From Octopus sinensis (taxonomy: Eukaryota): a stretch of 64,000 bases of DNA. The notes beneath the pieces were generated by a model. It was not told the DNA's origin and ran no database searches. It saw only the letters and a program-made list of their open reading frames with translations. The position numbers and the translations under genes are program-made. The stretch is taken from the NCBI RefSeq assembly GCF_006345805.1, contig NC_043003.1, positions 15,438,001 through 15,502,000 on the forward strand, in the 5' to 3' direction. This document shows positions 27,615 to 39,516 of this stretch, one piece after another (positions within the stretch are counted from its first letter, which is position 1; every line of letters begins with the position of its first letter).

Positions 27615-28155
27615 ATCATTGATCATATCTCCAAGTGCAGTTTTCTTGGAGGCTACAGAGTATCTCAACAGGCATGATAGAGCTGCACAATATAGTCACT
27701 GGGTAATTTGCAAAAGCCTGGACTTGCGCCATGATAAAAAACTGGTGGGAACACAAACCACCTCCAGTGCTTCAAAATGATCACATCTCACTCCACTGGA
27801 ATTTCACCATTCAAACTGACAGGAAGATAGATACGAATAGGCCAGACATCATAGTAAAAGACTTCAGACAAAAGACATGCCTCCTCATTGATATGACTGT
27901 CCCAATCGATATAAACGTATCTGTCAATACCTACCAAAAACTGAGCAAATGTAAAGATCTTGAAATAGAAATTAGTAAAATGTGGAACCTGAAGACTAAA
28001 ACATTACCTGTTGTCATTTGGTGCCCTGGGAATGATAGCAAAAGGGGGTGATTGCTACCTAGCTCAGATACCAGGAAACCCCCAAATGGCAGAAATTCAG
28101 AAGATAGTGCTCATGGGAACTGCTCATATCCTAGGCAAAATAATTTCTATGTAAT
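27615..28155 (+). pseudogene. R4/Dong-like LINE 3' end with PD-(D/E)xK endonuclease
   Basis: EYLNRHDRAAQYSHWVICK, WWEHKP...TIQTDRKIDTNRPDIIVKD...LLIDMTVP...KLSKCKDLEIEISKMW, IQKIVLMGTAHIL. Begins right after (AAT)n. Confidence 0.8.
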
Positions 28156-28164
28156 CGCAAGTTT

Positions 28165-28215
<51 letters not shown>

Positions 28216-28247
28216 ATATATATACACGCACAGACATATATATATAT

Positions 28248-28308
<61 letters not shown>

Positions 28309-28442
28309 TAGGTATGTAGAAAAATACAACATGGACAAGAACGTATAACTCTTAGAAGACGATACAATAAACATGGACAGGACATTCGAACCCCTCAGTC
28401 TTCAGTCAAGAACCGGATCATCGTAGTAATTTCGGCATATAT

Positions 28443-28834
28443 ATATATATGTTATTTAGAGATAGTAGTCCCCTTCATCCCACCATACAAAAGAATTTTA
28501 ATTTAATACTTACTACTCATTTCTCACGTGTTTCTTGATATTCTTTTACGGTTCCTTAAGCACGCAGTGTTTACAGGAACCTTTCTTAAAGTATCATAGT
28601 TCGATGCCAAATACTTATATTTCAATTTTAACATGATAAAGTTATTTAGAGGTCTGATGATTGGGGTTACACTTTAAGAAAGATTCCTGTAAAACACTGC
28701 GTGCTTAAGAACCGTAAAAGAACCTCATCAAGAAACACGTGTAGCTGAGAAATGAGTAGTAAGTATTAAATTAAATTAAAATTCTTTTATATGGTGGGAT
28801 GAAGGGGACTACTATCTCTAAATAACATATATAT
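28443..28834. repeat. Foldback inverted repeat (~150-bp arms, ~80-bp spacer)
   Basis: GTTATTTAGAGATAGTAGTCCCCTTCATCCCACCA... mirrored by ...TGGTGGGATGAAGGGGACTACTATCTCTAAATAAC. Confidence 0.85.
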
Positions 28835-28901
28835 TTCTTCATTGAGAATAATTTGAACCCCTGTAATGCCGGAATTTTTATTCCCTAATAAATAGAATAA
28901 A

Positions 28902-28985
<84 letters not shown>

Positions 28986-29032
28986 GATCAATAAATGGTG
29001 GGGTTGTGTTGACCGCACGTGGAGAAATGATA

Positions 29033-29514
29033 AGCAAGGAAAAATTGTAAAAATGCAGAATGCTCGATTGAAAGAAAATTTTAATGAAATGAGAAAATGA
29101 AAAATATATAAATATATATTTATTCAAACCAGTTTTCGTCATAGTTTGACTTATCAGGAATAGTTAGGTGAAAAGGTTTTTTAAAAATGAGAAAGGGGAA
29201 AAAAAGTTGCATTGTTTTTTGCAAAAGAATAATAATAAATATGTATAAAAATTAAAAAATAAAAATTAAAAAATATCGGAGTACTTATTTTTTTATTTTT
29301 ATACATATTTATTATTATTCTTTTGCAAAAAACAAAGCAACTTTTTTTCCCCTTTCTCATTTTTAAAAAAACCTTTTCACCTAACTATTCTTGATAAGTC
29401 AAACTATGACGAAAATCGGTTTGAATAAATATATATTATATATTTTTCATTTACTCATTTCATTAAAATTTTCTTTCAATCGAGCATTCTGCATTTTTAC
29501 AATTTTTCCTTGCT
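29033..29514. repeat. Near-perfect foldback (~230-bp arms, ~22-bp spacer)
   Basis: AGCAAGGAAAAATTGTAAAAATGCAGAATGCTCGATTGAAAG... mirrored by ...CTTTCAATCGAGCATTCTGCATTTTTACAATTTTTCCTTGCT; centre at ~29263-29284. Confidence 0.9.
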
Positions 29515-29538
29515 ATATATATATATATATATTAATAT

Positions 29539-29572
<34 letters not shown>

Positions 29573-29591
29573 ATTATATATATATATATTA

Positions 29592-29632
<41 letters not shown>

Positions 29633-29779
29633 TATATATATATATATATAGTTTACTATATACTGAACCTTACAAAGTTCCTAACGATAAATTTGTCGTA
29701 TTTACATACCGAAATTTACCGGTAAATAATTGTTGGTTACATGAAAAACCACAGAAAAATTATTTACCATTTTTATTGC

Positions 29780-29851
<72 letters not shown>

Positions 29852-30435
29852 TGTATATATATATGCATACATACATACATACAATATACATACATGCACA
29901 CATTTATGCATAGTGAATTGGCAGATGAAACGACGGCAACCATAGCCAACGCTTTTGAAACTCAGCATTATAGGCGGTATGTGTGCACAAAAAAATAAAA
30001 ATGAATCAGATGAAAGTATGTAAACCCAGATCGAACTCTTGAACCCCATCACAGATCACTCGATGATTGTAGCAATGTGAAACTCGAGTTGATAGAAAAA
30101 TAATACTTTGAATAATTGTATACTCTACATCACGTATTGAGTACTTTTTCTGTTTTTAAAGGCAGACTCTAACATTTGAATGCATATGTATGTATTTGTA
30201 TGTGTGTGTGTATGTGCGTGTGTGTAGATAGGTGCAAGCACACCCACCAACATTCAGACTTAACATACACGTATAGAGAGGAACAAACACACACACACAC
30301 TCATTCTTATGCAAATGCACGCATACACATATACATACATAATATATAAATACACACACACACGCACACACACGCACACACACGCACACACACATATATA
30401 TATGAATATATTATATATATATATATATATATATC

Positions 30436-30508
<73 letters not shown>

Positions 30509-31029
30509 TATACATATATACTTGTGTGTCTGTACATATGTGCATGTATAATTTAATGTGGTTATGAGAGAGTTAAGAGCGAGGCAAACTTACACTTGCT
30601 TGTCGGTTTCAATTCGCAGTTGGAATTGATTCAATTATCCTGTTGATGTCTTTGACACTCTGAAACCTTGCAAATCCGTTGAGAAATAAGTTGAAAATTC
30701 ATTGAAGGGACGAGAATGAGATTGTGTGACATTCTTGCATTTGTGAAGAACTTTAGTGAAAGTGTTCATGAAGTGAATTGGAATTGATCAGGAATCGAAG
30801 TAGGATTGCCATTGAATTAAATTTCTATGTTTACTTGGTTCACGACTCGAGAAATATCACATGTTATTTCTCTTTACTTCGTTCTTCGCTTAAATATTGT
30901 TCATGACATTCCCAGGTCACACTTAATCGTCATATACTGATATTGTTGTTAAAAACAATGATTTTTCTCTCCGTTAGGATGAAACAGAAATACTTCCTTC
31001 TATCCTTCTTAATTTCGATACAAGGTCAG

Positions 31030-31397
31030 TAATCTAGAGAGAAGGAGCTCGTCGATTACGTTGACCCCAAAGCTAAACTGGCACTTATGTTATCGACTCC
31101 CGAAAGGGTAAAAAGCAAAGTCGACTCCGACGGCACTTGGACTCATAATTTAAAGAGCCGGAAGAAATACCTACTTCTTTACAACCCACAAGGGGCTAAA
31201 CACAGAGGGGACAAGCAAGGACAGACAAACGGATTAAGTCGATTACATCGACCCCAGTGCGTAACTGGTACTTATTTAATCGACCCCGAAAGGATGAAAG
31301 GCAAAGTTGAACTCGGCAGAATATGAAACTCAGAACGTAACAGCAGACGAAATACCGCTAAGCATTTCGTCCGGCGTGCTAACGATTCTGCCAGCTC
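31030..31397 (-). mobile_element. SINE family N, two units
   Basis: Family N cores plus head complement. Confidence 0.7.
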
Positions 31398-31630
31398 CCC
31401 GGAAGAAATACCACAAAGCGTTTTGCCCGACGCGGTAACAACAATACCGGCTCACCCAATACAATATTAAAAAACACAAAACACTTATCCACGATGTAGC
31501 TCAAAGGGACTGAACACAAAACCGCGTGGTTGTAAACCGGGCTTCTTAACCACACAGCCACGCCAGCGCCTAACAAATATTTTACCGAAATTTTCCAGAT
31601 ACATTTCCGAGGTTGTAGATTATTATTATA

Positions 31631-32032
31631 GGCGTAGGAGTGGCTGTGTGGTAAGTAGCTTGCTTAGCAATCACATGGTTCCAGGTTCAGTCCCACTGCG
31701 TGGCAACTTGGGCAAGTGTCTTCTACTATAGCCTCGGGCCGACCAAAGCCTTGTGATTGGATTTGGTAGACGGAACTGAAAGAAGCCCGTCGTATATATG
31801 TATATGTATATGTGTGTGTGTTTGTGTGTCTGTGTTTGTCCCCCCAACATCGCTTGACAACTGATGCTGGTGTGTTTACGTCCCCGTAACTTAGCGGTTC
31901 GGCAAAAAGAGACCGATAGAATAAGTACTAGGCTTACAAAGAATAAGTCCTGGGATCGATTTATTCGACTAATGTCGGTGCTCCAGCATGGCCGCAGTCA
32001 AATGACTGAAACAAGTAAAAGAGTAAAAGAGT
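31631..32032 (+). mobile_element. SINE family A, near full length
   Basis: GGCGTAGGAGTGGCTGTGTGG head, CCAGGTTCAGTCCC B-box-like motif, (GAGTAAAA)n tail. Confidence 0.85.
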
Positions 32033-32584
32033 ATGATTAAACATGCATTGTACCCCTTGTGATCAGCTATCATATTCCTTTCTACTTTAGGTAAAAGCCC
32101 CGAACTATTTGGAGAGGAGGCCAGTCGAATAGATCGACCCCAGTACGCATCTGGTACTTAATTTATCGACCCCGAAAAGATGAAAGGTCAAGTCGACATC
32201 GGTGGAATTTGGACTCAGAACTGCCGTGTGGTGAGAGGGTCGCTTCTAAATCACCTAGTTTCGGTTTCAGTCCCACTGAGTGGCACCTTGGGCAAATGTC
32301 TTCTATTATAATGGTAGTAGTAGTAGTGTGTGTGTGCGCGTCTGTCGCACCCCCGCTTGATAACCCTATCGGTTTGTTTGAGTCTAAGTAACTTAACAGT
32401 TAAACAAAGAACATTAATAGACCAAGTGCCAGACTTTACAAAATAAGTACTATGTCCAATTTGTTCGATTAAAACCCATCAAAATCGATACTCCAGTATG
32501 GCTGCAATCCAATGACTGCACCAAAATAAGATATATATATATAGTAGAAAAACCAGAGATTCATCCGATAAAAGTTATTAAAAT

Positions 32585-32656
32585 TGCGTCGGCCGGGAGT
32601 CGAAACCGGATCGACTGCTTGGAAGGCAACCATGATAACCGTTACACCACCGACGC
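32585..32656 (-). pseudogene. tRNA-Gly(TCC): tRNA-Gly(TCC) copy 1, inverted, likely impaired
   Basis: Reverse complement of consensus GCGTCGGTGGTGTAACGGTTAGCATGGTTGCCTTCCAAGCAGTCGATCCGGGTTCGACTCCCGGCCGACGCA with G22T and G52T (first B-box G). Confidence 0.8.
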
Positions 32657-33503
32657 CATACATTTACGAGTACTAAATATTTGATTAAATAGGCAATATT
32701 CAACATCGATTTCTTCTTCCCTCTTTTTCTTTGATGTCATTTCAAATCACAAAATTACATTACTTTCTTTAGATCAGAAACATCTAACACGATGCTCGCG
32801 CATGCGTGTGTGTTTCTTTGTGCTTGCTCGCCCACTCTACTTGATAACCGGCGTCGGTTTGTTTACGCCTTCGTAACTTAGCTTGGCAGACGAAATACCG
32901 GTTTCTTTATTACCCACAAGGGGCTAAACATAGAGGAGTGATACAAGGACAGACAAAGGGATTAAGTCGATTACATCGACCCTAGCGCGTAACTGGTACT
33001 TAATTTATCGACCCCGACAGGATGAAAGGTAAAGTCGACCTCGGCGGAATTTGAACTCAGAACGTAACGTCAGACGAAATACGGCTACGCATTTCGCCCG
33101 GTGTGCTAGCGTTTCTGCCAGCTCGCTGCACTGATCAGTTATCTTATTGAAGACAGTCCCTTCTAGATTACATTAAGTTCAGGCAGTTTTAATGCTTGAA
33201 ATTTAAATCAAAGAGTTAGGAATGAGATGTACAGAATATATACATATATTATTTCTCTTTCGTACTCAATATATAGATCTTAAAATTTTCAATTGTTTGT
33301 AGCAATGTATAGCGCTATTTCATCCTTATTTGAAGTCACCAGCATGTCATTGACCCGATGCAAATAGATTATGTTAAATCGAACATTTGACGAAGACGAT
33401 TCTAATAGAATTACAGTTTAAAAACAAATACCTCCAATTCATGGATCCTTTTTAATTTTTCTGTTTCATCAGAGGCCGTAAAAAGGTAAGCAATAAAGTG
33501 AAG

Positions 33504-33601
<98 letters not shown>

Positions 33602-33898
33602 TCTTATATAAAGATTAATATTCCCTGGACAAATCTTCCCAGCAAAAATGTTTTACATGTAGTTACAATTAACGCATTCACCTCACTACTCTAACAAATA
33701 TATCGATCCCAGTGCTCAATTGGTACATATTTTATCGACTCCGAAAGGCAAATTCAAACTTGGCGGAATTTGAACTCAGAACGGTGAAAACGGATGAAAC
33801 GCCGCTGAGCATTTTGCGTGGCATGCTAACGACTCTGCAGAGTTTGCCGTCTTAAGCACAGTTTTATTACTATTTATTATTGTATTTTTATAAGGTGT

Positions 33899-34780
33899 TG
33901 AGCTGGCAGAAACGTTAGCACGCTGGGCGATATGCGTAGCCGTACTTCGTCTGCCGTTACGTTCTAAGTTCAAATTCCGCCGAGGTCGACTTTGCCTTTC
34001 ATCCTTTCGGGGTCGATAAATTACCAGTTACGCACTGGGTCGATGTAATCGACTTAATCCGTTTGTCTGTCCTTGTTTGTCCTCTCTGTGTTTAGTCCCT
34101 TGTGGGTAGTAAAGAAATAGGTATTTCGTCTGCGGCTACGTTCTGAGTTTAAAATCCACCGAGATCGACTTTGCCTTTCATCCTTTCGGGGTCGATAAAT
34201 TAAGTACCAGTTACGCACCAGTCGATGTAATCTACCGAAACCGTTTGTCTGTCCTTGTTTGTCCTCTCTGTGTTTAGCCCCTTGTGGGTAGTAAAGAAAT
34301 AGGTATTTCGTCTGCGGCTACGTTCTGAGTTTAAAATCCACCGAGATCGACTTTGCCTTTCATCCTTTCGGGGTCGATAAATTAAGTACCAGTTACGCAC
34401 CAGTCGATGTAATCTACCGAAACCGTTTGTCTGTCCTTGTTTGTCCTCTTTATGTTTAGCCCCTTGTGGGCAATAAAGAAATAAGAAATGGGTGAAATGC
34501 TTAGCGATATTTTTTTACGTTCTTAGTTCAAATTCCGTCGAGGTTGACTTTGCCTTTCATACTTTTGGGGTTGTAAATTAAGTTCCAGTTGCATACAGGA
34601 GTAGAAAAGAATCGTTAGCACGACAGGCAAAATGCTCCTCGGCATTTCGCTCGTTTTTAGTTCTGAGTTCAAATTCGACCGAGGTGGTAGATAAATTAAA
34701 TTTCGAGGATCGATGTAATCGACTTCCCACTCCAACCAAATTTCAGGCCTTGTGCCTTTATTAGAAAGGATTATTATTAT
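33899..34780 (+). repeat. SINE family N tandem chain at the left edge of the tRNA higher-order repeat
   Basis: Several family N cores. The last part (CACTCCAACCAAATTTCAGGCC...) recurs at ~40.0 and ~49.45 kb. Confidence 0.75.
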
Positions 34781-35709
34781 ATTTGTACATCAATCAAATG
34801 AGATGAATCTAATACTGGAAAAGTAATATTTCAAATCCCGCCCCACCAAAATTTTAGGCGGTGCGTTTGCACCCGCCGACCTTCCGTACGCCGTGTTACT
34901 AAGCCAATGTACACGAAGTCATTAAAAGTCGATTTATTCATAGCAGAGCAGATAAAATTTGGATAAAACGTTTAGGTTTTTTATTCATAATACTCAGTGA
35001 AAGAAAGAAAGGGAGAGAGAGAGAGAGAAAGTGAGAGAGAGAGAAAGGGAGAGAGAGAGAGGTAACACTTTGCCAAACTCCGTATTATATCGTATTATAT
35101 GTTTCTGTAAATTACAAAATTACTATTTTTAAATCTCCCAACGAGAGATATTCAGCAACAGTACTTTGGAGTAAAGATTATTTGCCAACATAACATGGCA
35201 GATCCTGTCGTATAGCCAGCGAGAGACGATGTCTCCTGGGGCTAAATTACAGCAACATTCGTCCTAAACCAGGACTGCCATGTTATGTTGACAAACAATC
35301 TTTACTCCAAATGTTTCTGGATCTAAATAGTGATTTCAAATTGTGGCACAAGGACAGCAATTTCGGGGTGGGTGGGGGTTAGGGTTAGGGTTAGGGTTAG
35401 GGTGTTAAGTAAATTACCTGTTCAATTTTTATTTATTTTATCGACTCTGAAAGTCAACCTCGGTGGAATTTGAACTCAGAACGTGAAAACGGAAGAAATG
35501 CCGCTAAGCATATTGTCCGGCATTCAAACGATTCTACCAGCTCATCGCCTCCTTTTAAAGTGGTCAGCAGACGTCACTGCTCTGAATAAAATTTTGTAGT
35601 TTAAAATTATATTCAAGAAAACGCGAGACGAAGATATTATGAGAAATAAGACTTTCACAATGACAAATATTTAGCATTTAAGCAAATATTTAAAGATTAC
35701 AGCAGCAGA

Positions 35710-35781
35710 GCGTCGGTGGTGTAACGGTTAGCATGGTTGCCTTCCAAGCAGTCGATCCGGGTTCGACTCCCGGCTGACGCA
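35710..35781 (+). tRNA. tRNA-Gly(TCC): tRNA-Gly(TCC) copy 2
   Basis: Cloverleaf; C66T gives a G-U wobble in the acceptor stem; TTTT 4 nt downstream. Confidence 0.9.
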
Positions 35782-36029
35782 ATGTTTTAAATGCATTACT
35801 TTTATCCTTTCAATCTCAAAAGGTAACAAACATGCAGATTTAAAGTAAAAATGAGAATAATAATAACCCATTCTACTTCATGCACAAGGCTTGAAATTTG
35901 ATGGAGGGGGCTAGTGGGCTACATCAACCCCAGTGCTCAACTGGTACTATTTTATCGATTCCAAAAGGATAAAAAGCAAATTCAACCTCGTCCGAATTTG
36001 AACTCGGAATATAAAGACAGACGAAACGA

Positions 36030-36097
36030 GGAGATGCCCCAGTAAAAACGGACGAAATGCTTAGCGGCGTTTCGTCCGTTTTTACTGGGACATCTCC
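36030..36097. repeat. 31-bp-arm hairpin with 6-nt loop (also ~39769-39829, 41711-41778, 50830-50897)
   Basis: GGAGATGCCCCAGTAAAAACGGACGAAATGC-TTAGCG-GCGTTTCGTCCGTTTTTACTGGGACATCTCC. Confidence 0.85.
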
Positions 36098-36380
36098 GGA
36101 TACTTTTTCTTTTCTCATGTCTGGTACTTATTCTATCCCTGTCTTTTGCCGAGCAGCTAAGTTACAAAGACGTAAACAAACCGGCATCGGTTATCAAGTA
36201 GAGTGGGCGAGCATGCACAAAGAAACACACACGCATGCGCGAGCATCGTGTTATATGTTTCTGATCTAAATAAAGTAATGCAATTTTGTAATTTGAAATG
36301 ACATCAAAGAAAAAGAGGGAAGAAGAAATCAATTTGAATATTGCGTATTTATTCAAATATTTAGCAGTCGTAAAAGTATG

Positions 36381-36452
36381 GCGTCGGTGGTGTAACGGTT
36401 AGCATGGTTGCCTTCCAAGCAGTCGATCCGGGTTCGATTCCCGGCCGACGCA
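36381..36452 (+). tRNA. tRNA-Gly(TCC): tRNA-Gly(TCC) copy 3
   Basis: Only C58T in the T-loop; T6 downstream. Confidence 0.92.
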
Positions 36453-36504
36453 ATATTGATAGTTTTTTATCGGATGAATCTCAGGTTTTTCTACTATATA
36501 TTTC

Positions 36505-36704
36505 TTATTTTGGTGCAGTCATTGGATTGCAGCCATAGTGGAGTATCGATTTTGGTGGGTTGTAATCGAAAAAATCAACATAGTACTTATTTTGTAAAGT
36601 CTCGCTCTTGATCTATCAATCTTCTTTGTTTAACTGCTAAGTTACTTCGACTCAATGTTGATAGTGTTATCAAGCGGGGTTGGGCCAGACACACACACTA
36701 CAAC

Positions 36705-36796
<92 letters not shown>

Positions 36797-36897
36797 TTAC
36801 AATAGAAGACATTTGCCCAAGGTACCATGCAGTGGGACTGAAACCGAAATTATGTGATTTAGAAGCAACCCTTCTACCACACGGCAGTACCTGCGCC
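36505..36897 (-). mobile_element. Antisense family A SINE relic forming the array spacer (representative copy)
   Basis: GAAGACATTTGCCCAAGG...GCAGTGGGACTGAAACCG...CACGGCAGTACCTGCGCC is the reverse of the family A head. Present after copies 1,3,4,5,6,9,10,11,12,14,18,19,20,21,23, with head stubs after 13,15,22. Confidence 0.8.
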
Positions 36898-37072
36898 CAT
36901 TCGTCAAATATGCATCTTTTAAATCATGCGTGTGTATTTCAGTCCTGTATATGCATTGTAATTTGTGATAATATTTATGAAAACAAGAAACGAAGAAAAC
37001 TTGAAGAGCAAGACTTTCACCAATGTCGAAGATTTAGTAATTAAAGAGATATTTCGGGAACGAGTATGTTCA

Positions 37073-37144
37073 GCGTCGGTGGTGTAACGGTTAGCATGGT
37101 TGCCTTCCAAGCAGTCGATCCGGGTTCGACTCCCGGCCGACGCA
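37073..37144 (+). tRNA. tRNA-Gly(TCC): tRNA-Gly(TCC) copy 4
   Basis: Exact consensus; T6 downstream. Confidence 0.95.
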
Positions 37145-37679
37145 ATGTTAACTATTTTTATCCTTTGCATCTAGGATTTTTCTACTATATATATATCTTA
37201 CTTTGGTGTAGTCATTGGATACAGCCATATAGGAGTATCGATTTTGAAAGGTTTTAATCGGACATAGTACTTATTTTGTAAAGTCTGGCTCTTGGTCTAT
37301 CAATCTTCTGTGTTTAACGGATTAAGTTACTTCGACTCAGACAAACTGATAGTGTTATCAAGCGGGGTTGGGACAGACGCACACACTACTACTACTACTA
37401 CTACTATTACAATAGAAGACATTTGCCCAAGGTGCCATGCAGTGGGACTGAAACCGAAACTATGTGATTTAGAAGCGACCCTCTTACCACACGGCAGTAC
37501 CTGGGCCTATACGTAAATATACATTTAAAAAAATCATGTATATTTCAGTCCTATATTTTAATTGTAATTTGTGATGATATTTAAGAAAATGGAAACCAAA
37601 GAAATCTTGAAAAGCAAAATTTTTCACCAATGTTGGAGATTTAGTATTTAATCAGATATTTCGCGATTATGCCCGTGCG

Positions 37680-37751
37680 GCGTCGGTGGTGTAACGGTTA
37701 GCATGGTTGCTTTCCAAGCAGTCGATCCGGGTTCGACTCCCGGCCGACGCA
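37680..37751 (+). tRNA. tRNA-Gly(TCC): tRNA-Gly(TCC) copy 5
   Basis: Only C32T in the anticodon loop; T5 downstream. Confidence 0.9.
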
Positions 37752-37984
37752 ATTGTGTTTTTATCCTTTGAATCTAGTCTTTCTACTATATATCTTTTAT
37801 TTTGGTGCAGTCATTGGATTGCAGCCAGACTGGAGAATTGATTTTGAAAGTTTCTAATCGAACAAATCGGCCATAGTACATATTTTGTACTATGGCGCTT
37901 AGGCTGTCAGTCTTCATTGCATAACAGCGAAGTTACGTCTATGTAAACAAGCCAATAGCGGTTATCAAGCGGTGGTGGGCCAGA

Positions 37985-38029
<45 letters not shown>

Positions 38030-38330
38030 ACACACACGCACACATGCGCACACACACAAGCTCCTATAATAGTGTAGCACAGATGGTTTAGCGGTATTAG
38101 CGATCGCATTCCTTCCGTAAACAACACGATTGGGTAACCTCCCTTGGCAACCATTCCTGTAGGTGGCGTCTTTACAGCCGTTAGAGGAATCAGTTGGCGA
38201 CTGACAAGCAACATCTCAAGACGCGTGTGTGACTCTCAGCGATATTTGCCCAAGGTGCCACGCAGTGGGACTGAAACCGAAATTATATGATTTAGAAGCG
38301 ACCCTCTTACCACACGGCAGTACATACGCC

Positions 38331-38752
38331 GGATCTTTTCGGTTTGAACGGCAGTTTTTTTCTGGCAGTGTGATATGAAATTGTCACCCATAATTATGAC
38401 CATAGTATCGATCTATTGCATTTCAATCTGTTTTAGGGTTAGGGTTAGTTAGGGGTGGGGGGAAGTGTATGTTTTTTTCTTCACAAATGTAAATAAACCC
38501 AATCTGTTTCTTAAACGAGGGACATATTCATACGGCACAGAATGTTTTCACCTCAATAGACGGTCATTGATTGGTTGAAATTGCCGAAATGCAAGAAATT
38601 AGAGACCAAATATCTTACAAACCATAGAATTTTCTCAATAAAGCCAAGAGAAAAAGATGTTTTATAAACACATTCTATCAGTATACGAAGTTTAAAATGT
38701 TTTAGTTACCTAGAAATTATGTTAAAAACTGCCGTTCAAACCGAAAGGATCC
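38331..38752. mobile_element. MITE-like element with ~29-bp TIRs and internal TTAGGG repeats
   Basis: GGATCTTTTCGGTTTGAACGGCAGTTTTT ... AAAAACTGCCGTTCAAACCGAAAGGATCC. Other copies at 42521-42947, 45045-45470, 52998-53416. Confidence 0.8.
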
Positions 38753-38899
38753 CATGCGTGTATATTTCAATCGTGCATATGCATTGTAATTTGTGATAAT
38801 ATTTAAGAAAACGGGAAACGAAGAAAACTTGAAGAGCAAGACGTTCATCAATGTGAAGGTTTAAGATTTAATCAGATATTTCGAGTAGAACTACGTGCA

Positions 38900-38971
38900 G
38901 CGTTGGTGGTGTAACTGTTAGCATGGTTGCCTTCCAAGTGGCCGATCCGGGTTCGACTCCCGACCGACGCA
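38900..38971 (+). pseudogene. tRNA-Gly(TCC): tRNA-Gly(TCC) copy 6, degenerate
   Basis: C5T, G17T, C40T, A41G, T43C, G64A. Confidence 0.8.
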
Positions 38972-39444
38972 ATGTCAAACATTTTATCTGTTGCATCTGG
39001 GATTTTTTATATATTTCTTATTTTGGTGCTGTCATTGGATTACAGCCATATTGGAGTATCGATTTTGATGGGTTTTAATCGGACATTTTGTAAATGTTTA
39101 ATTGCTAAGTTACTTCGACTCAAACAAACCAATAGTGTTATCAAGCGGGGTTGGGCCAGACGTGCACACACACTGCTACTACTATTATAATAGAAGACAT
39201 TTGCCCAAGGTGCCACGCAGTGGGACTGAAACCGAAACCGAAACCGAAACCCTATGACAACACTGCGCCCATTCGTCAAATATGCATCTTTTAAATCATG
39301 AGTGTATATTTCAGTCCTGTATATTTATTGTAATTTGTGACAATATTTAAGAAAACGAGAAACGAAGAAATCACTAAAAGCAAGAATTTCCCCAATATCG
39401 AAGATTTAGTTTTTAGTCAGATATTTCGGATAAAACCTTGTGCA

Positions 39445-39516
39445 GCGTCGGTGGTGTAACGGTTAGCATGGTTGCCTTCCAAGCAGTCGATCCGGGTTCG
39501 ACTCCCGGCCGACGCA
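39445..39516 (+). tRNA. tRNA-Gly(TCC): tRNA-Gly(TCC) copy 7
   Basis: Exact consensus; T4 downstream. Confidence 0.95.

Noticed and set aside
28640-28700. Hammerhead candidate CTGATGA...GAAA in the foldback spacer
   Set aside because: Stem II is weak and lacks the G10.1-C11.1 pair, and there is no valid stem I/III or UH site.
30053-30095. Hammerhead candidate with palindromic ACTCGAGT after GAA
   Set aside because: The core reads CTCGATGA and stems I/II do not form convincingly.
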